Below, one piece after another: positions 46,799 to 59,664 of a stretch of DNA of 64,000 bases. Position 1 is the first letter of the stretch, and each line of letters begins with the position of its first letter. The position numbers and the translations under genes are program-made. The DNA lies in contig CM068757.1 in NCBI GenBank assembly GCA_035084275.1, positions 9,672,001 to 9,736,000 of the forward strand. Direction: 5' to 3'. Source of the stretch: Hydrolagus colliei (lineage: Eukaryota). A model generated the notes under the pieces. That model saw nothing but the letters and a program-made list of their open reading frames with translations, did not search any database and was not told the origin of the DNA.

Positions 46799-48433
46799 GT
46801 AAGATTTGCATTGTGCACCTCCCTACCTCCACCTAACCACACCCACATGTCAATGTGCAAACAATGGCAAGAAATAAAAACATGGAAATCCGGGGTATTG
46901 ATCCTTTCTAATAATAAAAAAAAAAAATTTGGTCACTCAATCCAGAATTAGAGTGTGAAATTGGCTGACGGGTTACGCCCATAAAATATGCAGTCAATAC
47001 ACTTTACAGTGTATTCTGTTGAGTGCTTTGAGACGTCTCAACAGTGGGATAAGGCGCGATATCAAACACTAATTATTATTATAATTAGAGGAAACAAGGT
47101 TATTCACCCCACCGAGCCTATGCCGGTGGTCACTCATCCACTGGAGCTATCTCCCCGTATCCCAATTCTCTACTCTTCCCCCTTACCCAATGATGAGCTG
47201 CTTCAAAACCACTGCAACATTGTTACTATGTGAGCTCCAAGAGTTACCTTATGCCCAGTAACCCTGTGTGGTCAGTTGACGGATTGACTCAGTTGGTGAC
47301 GCTCTCTCCTATGGGACAAGGTCGTCAGTATTTCAATTGGCATCTGAAAACCTGCCCTTCACCTCAGGCTATATAGAAGCTACCATAATCTCTGTCACTC
47401 TTACTGTGTGTCACTCTCTCTTTCTTTCCCTCTCAGCTTCAGAGAGAGAAGAGAATAGATTGAGAGGGTAAACAAAAGGGGAGAGAGAAGAGAGAGAGAC
47501 AGGGAGGGAGAAAGAAGAACACATAAAAACACAGACAGTTTGTGTTCATACAACTTTTATATTAACATGGAAGTTCTCAGACAATAATAGCCTTGCACAT
47601 GACATATCACCTGATCATGCCTTTGAGACTTCACAGAATAAACTGTAAACAGAGGAATGTGGAGTAAGGAAACTTGCACAATATTTCGCCTGCTGGAAAT
47701 CGTACCCTGGTCTCTCGCTTATGAGCTACAGGACTCCACAGAATATACTGTAAAGCAGATTGATTGTGTAATTTGTGTGCGACGAGCAGCAGCCAATTGT
47801 GCACAGCAGTGTCACACAAATAGTCATGGATTAAGTGACCAATTTATTATTTTTAAATATTTTTGATGCAATTATTATCCCTGAAATACAATCTGAGAAT
47901 CTACTAATAACCAGGTTCCTACATACGGATGGGTAAACAGAGGCGTGTGGATTAAGGAAATTTAAGGCCCACCATTTCCAGGAATCAAACGAAATCTGAG
48001 ATTGAAGTGCGAATGGAATCCAGGGGGTCAATGTGAGCCCCTAGATTGATTTTATGATTTGTAACTGGACACAGTGTGGCCAGTTGTAGAATTACAGCAT
48101 AATGTTAATAATGTTTGTGGAGTCCTGTAGCTCAGTGGTTAGAGCACTCGCCTTACAAGCGAAGGACTTGTGTTCAATTCAAGCATGGTGAAACCTTGGG
48201 CAAGTTTCCTTGCTCCACATGCCTGATAATAATCCCTCAAAAAGAAAATTGGTCATTTTAATCCACAATTGTTTGTGGGGCACTGCTGTGCGCAATTGGC
48301 TGCCGCATTTCACCCACAGTTAATTCACTTCACAGTATATTATGTGCAGTGCTTTGAGATGTCTTGAAGACGTGAGAAGCGCTATATAAAACACAAGGAT
48401 TATTATTAATAACATGCTACTTGTGTTTTACAG

Positions 48434-48841
48434 TTCCTCCCACGATGACTGAAATCAACATACCCTCTGGTATTGTGCACGGTGTCAATGTGCCTTTGAC
48501 ATGGGAGGTTAATGGCTTCAACCCACGGGCCATTGTAATTGCTGTATTGGTGAAGAGGAAAGTGGATCAGGAAGCAAAGCAACTGTTTCATTGGCAGATC
48601 CCAGAGAAAGAAAAGCAGCCAATCCCACATGATATTACCCCCAGCATTGATACACAAGTTAACTCCTTCACTGCTGAGGTGGCAACGATTGAAAAGACAG
48701 ATAAAGGGACTTTCAGTGTGAAGTGCAGCGTTGCCATGTGTGCTGATGTAATCAGGGATAATGATGCTGAATTCACTGTTGAAGTTAAACATCAGGCTCT
48801 GGATAATCCTCTCACTAAAGCTATAACATTATGTGTCGCAG
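48434..48841 (+). CDS. Copy B post-TM Ig domain D2
   Basis: ttttacag| to GCAG|gtaaat, 408 bp. 6 aa differences from copy A D2. Confidence 0.85.
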
Positions 48842-49724
48842 GTAAATTCTACCTGTGTATTTTCTCTCTCTCTCTGGTGCTAATATGTGAGTTGAAGTGC
48901 AGCATGCTGCTGTGTGTGTCCCTCTATGCTGCAATAGTTATTTTTGTTTGTGACAGTGACGTTCTATCACATAGACATCTGTGCCGACAGCCACCCCCCT
49001 TCCCCTCTCTATCCAGGCTCAGTGGATGACTCTGTCACTTTAAATCGCTCAAACACATTAGCTGAAGTGAACAATGCCATATTAATGCATGTTGTTGCTG
49101 TTGTGTTTGGGGGCAGCTCTGTTGCAGGTTGATGGAGAGGTGATGGGCTCTGTGGTAACGGTCCCGCTCAACATCAGCCTGAAATCTCATCTGTTTTCTT
49201 GAGAAACTTAAACAAATCGATTTTGAGATCCTCAGACTTGCCTACAATTCACCTCTTGCTCTCACACCTCGCTACCTCTCCAATCTGCAAACACCCACTT
49301 CTCAACCCACTCCGTTCGCTTGCTCAAACCTTTGGCATCTTCCTTGAACTGTCCACGAAACTATCGGCAGCCAGGCATTCAACAACGATACCCTGAACCT
49401 CTGAAACTCCCTTCCCCAAACTCCAGCTCGCCCTCCATCTCCATCAATCGTTGGATCACACATGGAGGTTCTACTCTCTGACCATGCCTACCATCACCTC
49501 CCCTCTCTCCCCAGCTCAGTATCAAACTACAATATTGCGAAGCTCATCAAGACGTTACCCTGCATGAAAGTTGCTATATTAAATGGAAGTTGCTATTGTT
49601 GAAAGAGTGTGTAACTCTGTCTGAAGCCTTGCTGCAGATTCTCATTGTAAATTGTGTGTGAGGCTGTGTGGTGTGTCCTGTAACTGGATTTAATCTTTAC
49701 ATGATATTTGTGTTTGTGTTATAG

Positions 49725-50138
49725 CTCCTCCCATAATTACTGAATGGCCGGCAACCCCTGATATGACACATGGTGACACCTCCACTCTGAGTTGGTCAGT
49801 GATACGGTTCAATCCACGTCCCATTGTAATTGCTGTATTACTGAAGAGAAAAGGGGAGTCGAGATCACAGAAGCTGTGGTATTGGCAGATAGAGAAAGAA
49901 CAACCAGCAGGAAATCAACCAGTAAACATTTCTGTTAGCCGTGTCACAAAGGATGACTCCATCAATCCAGAGATGGCGATGATTGTACAGGGAAAAAATG
50001 GGACTTTCAGTGTGAAATGCAGTGTTACCGTGAATGCTGATGTATCCAGGGATGATGGCGCTGAGTTCACTGTTGAAGTTCAACATGATGTTCTGGAGAA
50101 TCCTCTCACTGAATCTGTAACATTACGCGTTAAAGGGG
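49725..50138 (+). CDS. Copy B post-TM Ig domain D3
   Basis: gttatag| to GGGG|gtaagt, 414 bp, open. Confidence 0.85.
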
Positions 50139-51117
50139 GTAAGTGCTGCCTCTGTCTGTTCTCTTCTCTCTCTCCCTCACACGTAAGTGTAGAAATATTC
50201 AGGTGAAGGTGATGATTTTACAAACGGGAGTTTGAAATGATCTGTTAATCTCCAGAGTGAGTTTTGCGGCTGTGTGTGAAGAGAGGCCACATTATTCAGG
50301 GCTCCACAGTCACATGGTCAAAATTATTTTGTACACAATAAATAATCTGGTGATTTCTGACAAATTTGTAATGTTAAAATATAAAATCGAATGTGTATAT
50401 ATGCACTCATATGGGTGTCAGCTCAGAACATGAAGCACTCTAACCTCTCGTCCACAAGGTTGTGGGTTCACATCACATCAGGACCTGAACCTACAGTCTA
50501 GTAGGGACTTGTAATAAGGAAATGAAATGATGATATCTTAAAGAATTTGATTGTTGACAATGGTTTCAATTTCAAATAATAATTCCCTTTATTACCATCG
50601 AGGATGACACTGCAGTGTGTGCTGGGGGGGGGGCTCTGTAATGCTGGAGTCTGTTATTTCAGATGTTAAACCATGAACTCATCTGGGTGTTCAGCTAAAT
50701 GGCCGGCAACCCCTGATAAGACACACTTCAGCACTAAAAGAGTTGGGAATTTCTCCAGTGTTTTGTCCTCCACCTCTTGCTCTATGTGTATGTCTAGCTC
50801 TCTCTCTGTCTCCGTTTCCCCCTTTCTCTCTTCCTTTCTCTTGTAATCAGTCGGGATAAAATGTAGAATTTGAAATTATTTATTTGTCAAAAGGCCAGTG
50901 TGCACCCTGTCTGGGGGCAGCTCTTGCAGGTTACTGGAGGCTTAGACAGGCTGAGTGCTTATGATCGAGTTTAACATCACTCTACAGCTCCAGCCTGGTG
51001 CCCTCTGCCATGACTTGCAGGCTTTTCACTCGTTTCTGTGGATTCAGTTTCCAATTTGTATCTGACACAGACATGGACTTGAATGTTTTTATGTGGATTT
51101 GTCATTTCGTTTTGTAG

Positions 51118-51540
51118 TTCCTCCTAAAATTACATTTCCAAACCAAAAGAAAATGACACATGGTGAGAAGGCTGAGCTGCAATGGACAGTGACTGGGTTC
51201 ACTCCTGGGAAGATGTCGATTGTTTCCCATCTACAGAGGAAAGGAGAGGAAGTAAGACAACTGTTTCACTGGGAAATTCCAAATAAGGAAGCATTTCAAA
51301 GGAAGAGAATCCCCTTGTTTCTTGAGGACAAATCAGAGAGATCCAACAATGTTGCCTCCTTCACTGCAGTGGTGCCTAAATGTGAACACGACACCAAAGA
51401 AAGAACCTTCAGAGTAAATTGCAGAATCAGCATGACTCCTGATGTGTCCACGGATGATGGAGCTGAATTAATTGTTCAGGTTCAGCATGAGGAATTTCCT
51501 GATTTTGTCACTGACCGTTTAAAAATAAACATTGCTGGAG
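51118..51540 (+). CDS. Copy B post-TM Ig domain D4
   Basis: ttttgtag| to GGAG|gtagg, 423 bp, open. Confidence 0.85.
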
Positions 51541-53104
51541 GTAGGTTCTGCCATCAATATTGTGTCCTCTCTGTCCCATATGCTCTCAGGCAGTGTTTAG
51601 AATAAAGTAATAGTTTCCTCCACAATGGTTCAGCAACTGAGACCACCACTCAGTGAAACCCAGAGCCTCTCAGTCCAGAAGGTGGCATGATATGTGCTAC
51701 TCTGGCATCTGCGAAATCTCGTCATAGTGCTTAAGATTATCCAAACCAGAGAGTTCATATGTGCCATCTACATGTGGAAATTTCCCTTTTTCCAGAATGG
51801 AATGCTCACAGTAGTAAACAAACTTGGATCAAGAACTTGACTTACAGGACTACCTCAGGATTGATTTTACTCTGATATTGTCAAGTGCGTTATTGTTCAA
51901 ACAGAGAGTGAGTTTGTCCCAGTGTCCTGGCCAACTATCCCCATTATAAAATCTGTCACTTCATTCATCGCTATTTACAAAATTTACGCAACCTGTTTAC
52001 CTAATACCAGAGAGCATTAGCTGCACGTTGGCAAGATACAAAGCTTGGAGGTCACAGAGTATGTGCTGGAATACTGCGGGAATTTAAGAAGGGAAATGCG
52101 CATAGTTTGCTATTTCCAGTTAGGACCACACCACCTGTTAAGGCTTTGGTTTGCAGGGTTAAAAAGACCTGAATAGGTAGAATCCCTGCTCTCAGTGACT
52201 GGTCTTGCTGTCCCAGGCCTGCTGATGAGCCAGGCCGACTGGTTTATAATCAGCAATGGCCTGAAGAGCTGGGAAACCACTTGGAACAGGAACTGAGACT
52301 GAAAAGACTGTCTCAGGATTGATTTGGTTCCGATAATGCATTCTCAAGTGCATTATTGTTCAAACAGAGAAATGAGTTTGTCCCAGTGTCCTGGCCAACA
52401 ATCCCCGTTATAAAATACATTACTTAATTCACTGCTGTTTGTGGGGCACTGCTGTGTACAAGTTGGCTGACACATTTGCCTTCAAGTACAGAGCCAGTGA
52501 ACTTCACACAAAGATTCTGTGATGCGCTCTGAGACGTCTCAGTGATGTGATAAGGTGTTTTATCAGTTGCAAGAATTATAAGGTTTATTAGAATGTTGTG
52601 GCCATCTTATCTCAGAGGAGATACTGCACACCTCTGTTCCCCCTCCCCCCAGGTGGGCTGAGTTGAGCTGAGGCAGTAGCTGTGCAGCTCTGTTTGGTCT
52701 CTGTGGGTGAATTGTCTGCCCACATTGACAGTCTGGGCTGAGACATGAGAAACCCTGGTAATTAATAGAGAAAATAATCCAAGCTCACCTCCTGATCAGC
52801 ACCTTGGATACCTCTCACCTTCACAATATCGGACAGGTCAGATCTCTGCAGCTGGGAAGTAGCAGCTTTTACACACACCACACAGAGGGTTTACAGGCTG
52901 AGTAACACTATTACAGAGTGCAAATTATACTGGACTCATTTACATTTTGGTTCCACTGGGTGCTGTGTTCATGAGTCCGTCTGGCTCAGTTGGCAGTGCT
53001 CTTGTCTCTGTGTCAGAAGGTATTGAGTTCAAGCCCCACATTGACACACTGGCTGTCATTCAGGTGCAGTGCTGCAATGCTTATATCATGTTTCTGTTTT
53101 ATAG

Positions 53105-53644
53105 CTCCTCCTGAAATTATTGGACCCAACCTACCCAAGGAAATTCTGCATGCTGTGAAAGACAGAGTGACATGTCTAGTGACTGGGTTTACTGCTGGGA
53201 AAATGACCATCATTTTCAGCCTGAAGAGGAAAGGGCAGCAACAGCAAATACAACAAACAAAAACAGTTGCTGGGAAAACACAGCCGGTCAGGCAACACTC
53301 ATGGAGAAAGGAAAGTGAATCAACATTTCAGGACCACGGCACTTCGTCAGAACAGCAAATGCAACAACTGTTTCACTGGGAAATTCCCAACATGGAAAAA
53401 TTCAAGTCGAAAGAAGGAGCTTTTCTTCTCCGTGACAGATCAGATGGAAACAATAGTGATGCCTCCTTCACTGCTGTGGTGCCAAAGTGTGAACCTGTTG
53501 GAGATGGGACTTTCAGAGTAAATTGCATCATCGATATGATTCCTGATATTTATACGGATGATGGAGCTGAATTATATATTGTGGTTAGTCATGATGTTCT
53601 TCATGGCTCTCTCAATAATAGTGCAATATTACACTTTACTACAG
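53105..53644 (+). CDS. Copy B post-TM Ig domain D5 with a 37-aa insertion
   Basis: ttttatag| to ACAG|gtagg, 540 bp, open. Extra 111 bp bounded by a 17-bp direct repeat. Confidence 0.8.
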
Positions 53645-54799
53645 GTAGGTTCTTATATCAGTGTTGTGGTCTCTCTGTCCCATGTGCTCTGTGACAATGT
53701 TTCTGACATTGAAATGATTTGCTCCCCGAGGGCCCGGCATCTGAGGTCACTGCTCAATACAGGGTTGAGTCTCTCAGGCCAGAAGCTCTGAGATTCAAGT
53801 GCTGGTTGGGAGCTGATCTGAGCTGACCTCGGTCAGTAGCTTTGCTGGTCCATTTGTATGTCAGCCTGGAACAGTGGTAGCACTTTTGCCTCTGAGTCAG
53901 AACGTTGTAGATTCAGGCCCCATGTCAGGACTTGGAATCATATTGTCTAAACTGACATCCCCAAAACAACACTGGGAGTTGTTGCATTGTTGGTGGTGCC
54001 GTCCTTTAAATGAGACGTTAAACTGAGGTTCCACTCTCCTGTTCAGTTGTACATTAAAGATCCCACAGCACTGTTCGAAAAGAGGAGGGAATTCCTCAAG
54101 GTGTCAAGGCCAACAATCACCCAACTAAAATTGGTCACCCGTTCTATTGCTGTTTCTGGGACACTGCAGTGCACAATTTGTCTGTTATGTTTGCCCACAA
54201 AATTGTCAATCCACTTCACATTATATTCTGTGAAGCACTTTCGGACAAAATAAGTCAAGGATAAAAGAGAATATAATCAAATGCAAGGATAATAGAGAAT
54301 ATAATGAAAGCTCACATTATGATCACCACAGTGGATATCTCTCATTTCAAGAATATCAGGCAGATCAGATAATAATAATGAATAATAATTATTCCATTTG
54401 ATGTAGCTTACCATGTCTTTGAGACGTCTCGAAGCTCTTCACAGAAAATACTATCAAAATGTGAAATTTCTGTAGTTGAGAAGGAATAGCCTCCATAATG
54501 TGTGCACTCCATGCAGCGGCTATAAAAACTCTGAGTAACAATATTACAGTGTGTACATTTTACAGAATGTTGTTGTAGTTATGTCTGGGGCAGCTCTGTT
54601 TCAGGTTGATGGAGAGATGATGGGCCTCTGTGGTCCAGTTTAACACCAGTCTGTTTTCTTCAGTAATAGTGCGCAGCTATGTCTGAAGCCTTGCTTCAGA
54701 TTTAGTTTGTAAATTGTGTGCGAAGCAATGCATGGGGCAGTGAGGTATGTCCTGTAACTGGAGCATAATCTTTACACGGTGCTTGTGTTTGTTTTACAG

Positions 54800-55219
54800 C
54801 TACTCCCACAATTACAGAAATCCATGTGTCCCAGAATATTAAACACGGTGACACCTCCACTCTGGATTGGTCAGTGATTGAGTTCAATCCGCAGCCTATT
54901 GTAATTAATGTAAGACTGAAGACGGAAGGGGATAAGAATCCAAAGAAACTGTTTTGTTGGATAATGTCAGAGGAAAAACAGCCATCAGCAACGATGCCAT
55001 TCAACCTTCCTTTTAAATTTGACATAAAGGAGTCAAAATTCATCACTCCTGTGGAGGCGACGATTCGACAGGAAAAAAACAAGAATTTCAAAGTGAACTG
55101 TAAGGTTACCATGGTTGCTGATGTATCCAGGGATGATGGCGCTGAGTTCATTGTTAAAGTTAAACATACGGCTCTGAAGGAATCTATCACCAAATCTGTC
55201 CAATTGCATGTTAAAGGGG
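54800..55219 (+). CDS. Copy B post-TM Ig domain D6
   Basis: ttttacag| to GGGG|gtaagt, 420 bp. LDWSVIEFNP..NFKVNC..GAEFIVKVKH. Confidence 0.85.
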
Positions 55220-55580
55220 GTAAGTGCTGATCCTGTCTCTCTTCCTCACTCATCACTGTAGAAATAATTACTTGGCCAACGAGGAGAGTTTGAAATGATC
55301 TGTTAATCTCCATACTGAGCGTTAAAGCTGTGTGTGAAAAGAGGCTTTAATCAGAGCTCCACAGTCACGTAGTCAAAGGGGATTTATTATTTTATACATG
55401 GTAGTAAATAATCTAGTGATTTCTGACGAATACTTAATATTACAATATCATATTTTACATCATTCTATATGTATAAATGTGGGTATCAGCTCTGAGCATG
55501 TAGCACGGTTATCTCTTGTCCAGAGAGAGTTGTGGGTTTGCATTACATCAGGAGCTGAACTTACAGTCTAGTGTAGGGAT

Positions 55581-56628
55581 CACTCAATCCTCCTCCACCG
55601 ACTCTCCTCCCACCTCAACCTTCAAGTTTCTGTCCTTGACTGGTTCTGGTCCTATCTTTCACACCACCCAACTTTACCGTTCCATTTCCACCCTTAACTC
55701 CAGGATTAGAGGCGTCCTGACTGTCTGCCCGTCTGACATTGAGTCCTGGATGAGAGACAACTTTCTCCAGTTGAATGCTGGCAAGACTGAAACCCTTCTG
55801 ATTGGCTCGCATAGGCGCCTCCGAACCTCAGGCATCAGCACCCAAGGCTGCACTCTCCACCTCGCTAAGGCAGTCAGGAACCTGGGCATCTTGATTGACC
55901 CTGAACTGTATTTCCTCCCCCCCATCCACACCATGATCAGTACTGCCTTTCATCACCTTTGCAACATCATCAGACTCTGCCATTGCCTCACCCCTCAGGC
56001 TGCCAAAACCCTAGTCCATGCATTCGGCACATCAAGGCTCGAATATGGAAACTCCCTCCTCATCGGCCTTCCTGGTTCTTCCTTCAGAAGCTGCAGATCA
56101 GCCAGAACTCTGCAGTTTGTGTCCTCACCCGCACCAAGCTCCGTGACCACATCACTCACACCCTCGCTCGGCTCTATTGACTCCCCATCACCCAGAGGAT
56201 CGACTTGAATATCCTTGTCCTCATTTTCATGGCCGTGCCACCCCCTACTTTCTGACCTCCTGTCACCATATGAAACTGCTCGGCCCCTCCGTTCATGTCC
56301 CAAGACTTGGTGCGAGATGCCTGCTCCATGTCCCATGCCCGATCTGCCCTACTATCGGCAGATGGGCTTTCAGCCTCTTTGCCCCCACACTCTGGAACAC
56401 CATCCCACAGTCCCTTCACCTCGCTCTCTCAATGGCCTTATTCAAGGCCGGTCTCAAGACTCTGTTCTACAATCGTGCCTTCTGCTGCCCTCCCAACGCT
56501 CTCCCTCCCCCTCCTAACTCTCTCCCGCCACTTCCCCCTACCCTGACCCTCACCCTTGCTCGAGTCCTGACCTGACTATTCAGGGCCTTGGGCCTGATGT
56601 GAAAGGTGCTCTATTAATGTTGTTGTTG
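55581..56628 (+). mobile_element. 5'-truncated L2 inserted in the D6-D7 intron of copy B only
   Basis: DIESWMRDNFLQLNAGKTE..NLGILIDPEL; TTG tail. The equivalent copy A site (about 12950-12965) is empty. Confidence 0.82.
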
Positions 56629-56799
56629 TAATAAGGAAATGAGTTGATAATATCTTATAAAGAATTTGATTGTTGACAATGGTTTCAATTTCAAATGACA
56701 AGTTCCTTCATTTCAGAAGTTCTCAAGTCAATCTTTATGTACGTATTTGACAGGATCTAAGTTACTAGAGAAGGTAGCAACTAACTCAGGAGAAGCTCC

Positions 56800-56900
56800 A
56801 GTTGTGTCTCAGGGCAGTTCTTTGCAGGTTGATGGAGAGGTGATGGAACTCTCTGGTCATGGTCCAAATCCCACAGCACAATGAAAAAGAGAGGAAGTTT
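56800..56900 (+). pseudogene. Exon-deleted D7-type unit in copy B
   Basis: The pre-exon flank (gcaggttgatggagaggtgatgg..ggtcatggtcc) joins at about 56865 to the SINE that normally lies about 400 bp downstream of the exon. Confidence 0.6.
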
Positions 56901-57722
56901 CTCCCTTTGTCTTGGCCTCTCCGGCTGTGTGTGTGTCTCTCTTTATGTCTCTCTCTTGCTATCTCTTTCGTTCGGTCTCTCATTCCCAATTCCCATCGTC
57001 CTTTCTCTTGTATTTATTTCGGATATAATGCAGAACGTTAAGTTATTTATTTGTCAGTGTGCAATCTGTCTGAGGGCAGCGTTTGCAGGTTACTGGAGGC
57101 TCAGACAGGCTGTGTGCAAATGATGTAGTTTAACATCACTCTACACCTCCAGGCTGGCGCCCTCTGCCATGACATGCAGACTTTTCACTTGTTTCTGTGG
57201 ATTTTGTTTCTTGTTTGTGTCCGACACATACATAGACTAGAAATGTGGCTGTCCATAGAACACAGGTGTATCCCACAATTATTCATGGATTGAGTGACCA
57301 GATTAATATATTTGTTGAGCTATTATGTCCTGCAGAGAGTGATTGGCCAATCCACGAACCATCTAACATCTGCTTACTGCTGGGTAAACAGAAGCATGTG
57401 GAATAATGAAATGTTTGCCCTGTAGAAGAATCTACCCTGAGGTTAGATTGAGAGGCGAGTGCTCTAACCAATATACCACAGGACTCCAATGATAAGCCTT
57501 GCATTGTGGTATAGCTCCTTATGATGTCTTCATTAGATTCACTGTAAAATGGAGTAACTGTATTTGTAGGCAAATATGGCAGTACAATTGATAATGTCTC
57601 ACAAGCAGCCATGCTGATAATGTCTCACAAGCAGTGGTCAATTGTATTTGGAGTGGGGTGGATGGGAGGGGGGGTGGATTGATGGCCAGGACACGGGGAG
57701 ATCTCCCTTCTCTTTTCGAATA

Positions 57723-57974
57723 CAGGTAGTCCCCGCTTAACGAAGGGTTTGGGGACTTCGAAACTCCTCGTTAAGCGAAAATTTTGTTACGCGGGAGGGA
57801 GGTCCCCACTGTGTTTCTGTAGATGAAGAAATTCAGTTTCGTTCCCAGTAATGCCTTGCGCATAGCCTAGCGCTACTAATTGCGGTGTACCAACGACGCT
57901 ATAAGGTAGGTAGAACTGCTATTGAAGGCTGCTATTGAAGAGAGAGACTGTGAGTGAGATTGTGACAGTGAGAG

Positions 57975-58011
<37 letters not shown>

Positions 58012-58842
58012 CACAGAGAGAGAGACTGGGTCAGAGAGAGAAACAGAGAGAGAGAGATCGCGACCGAGACAGACAGATAGAGAGAAAGAGACACAGAGAG
58101 AGAGACTGGGACGGAGGGAGAAATAGAGAGAGAGAGAGAGCGCGGCCGAGACAGACAGAGAGAGAGACTGGGTCAGAGAGAGAAATAGAGAGAGTGAGAG
58201 AGAGAGAGAGCGACCGAGACAGACAGAGAGAGAAAGAGATACAGAGAGAGAGACTGGGACAGAGAGAGAAATAGAGAGAGAGACAGCGCGNNNNNNNNNN
58301 NNNNNNNNNNNNNNNNNNNNNNNNNNNNNNNNNNNNNNNNNNNNNNNNNNNNNNNNNNNNNNNNNNNNNNNNNNNNNNNNNNNNNNNNNNNNNNNNNNNN
58401 NNNNNNNNNNNNNNNNNNNNNNNNNNNNNNNNNNNNNNNNNNNNNNNNNNNNNNNNNNNNNNNNNNNNNNNNNNNNNNNNNNNNNNNNNNNNNGCTTTTG
58501 GAAACGATCAAGCCGCCCGCTGCTAGCAGCAAAAGCCTCCGCTGGCTTTTTCAGAGTAGCGTCATATAGTTGCCTAGCATCCTGCCGCTTAACCTCGTCT
58601 CATACTGCACTGCTTTCTCTTGGATTAGGTGGCTTGCTGAACTAAGTGTGTGTATGTATGTAGCTTCCTCGACTGAGACTGCGCTTGTGTTGCGGAGGCT
58701 GCCGGGAGACGAGAAGCGCGTGCAATTTAAACTTTCTTTATAGTGAGCACAGCCTTCGCTAAGCGCATGGGGGGGTACAAATAGAAACCATCTTTATAGT
58801 GAAGCTTCATTAACAGGGCGTGTGTTAAGCGGGGGCTGCCTG
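57723..58842 (-). mobile_element. Tigger-like element at the equivalent site in copy B (contains an N gap)
   Basis: Same TIRs and flanks (ttttcgaata|cagg ... cctg|tagtgacac). Confidence 0.8.
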
Positions 58843-59244
58843 TAGTGACACAGGATTCCTTAACATCCACCTGTGGAGGCAGATAGGACTTTGGTTTAAA
58901 ATCTCATCTGTGGGACGTGTCTGTCGTGCGAAGGAACAGTCTCAATACTGTCAGCACATCGTGCATGTATTGTAAAGACTAGTGTAAAGATAACAGTGTG
59001 AATATTTTACAGGATGTGTAGTTGTGCCTGGGGGCAGCTCTGTTGCAGGTTGATGGTCAGGGTCCAGCTTAACACCAGCCTGCAACATCGTCTGCTGTCC
59101 TCAGCAATAGTGTGCAGCTCTGGATGTCTGAAGCTTTGCTGCAGATTTAGATTGTAAATTGTGTGTGAAGCAATGTGTGAGACAGTGTCGTGTGTCCTGT
59201 AGCTGGAATATAATCTTGACATGCTGCTTGTGATTGTTTTGTAG

Positions 59245-59664
59245 ACCCTCCCACAATTACTGAAGTAAAAATACCCTCTGATATTAAACACGGAGCCCAA
59301 ACCACTCTGAGCTGGTCAGTGACTGGGTTCAATCCACGGCCCATTGGAATTACTGTATTGCTGAAGAGAGAACGGGAGCAGAACGCACGGCAGCTGTTTT
59401 GTTGGCAGACAACAGAGAAAACACAAGCAGAAAGAAAGAAGTCAGTGAAGATTCCAGGAAGCTCTGACATTAACGATGTCTCCATCACTTCGAAGGAGGC
59501 AACGATTGAACGGGAGACAACTGGGAATTTCCGTGTGAAGTGCAGCCTTACCATGGTTGCTGATATATTCCGGGACAATGGTGCCGAGTTCATTATTCAA
59601 GTTGAACATCAGACTATTCTTGGGAAACCTCTCATCAAATCTGTACCACTGCATGTTAAAGGGG
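59245..59664 (+). CDS. Copy B post-TM Ig domain D7 (single copy)
   Basis: ttttgtag| to GGGG|gtaagt, 420 bp, open. Confidence 0.8.
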
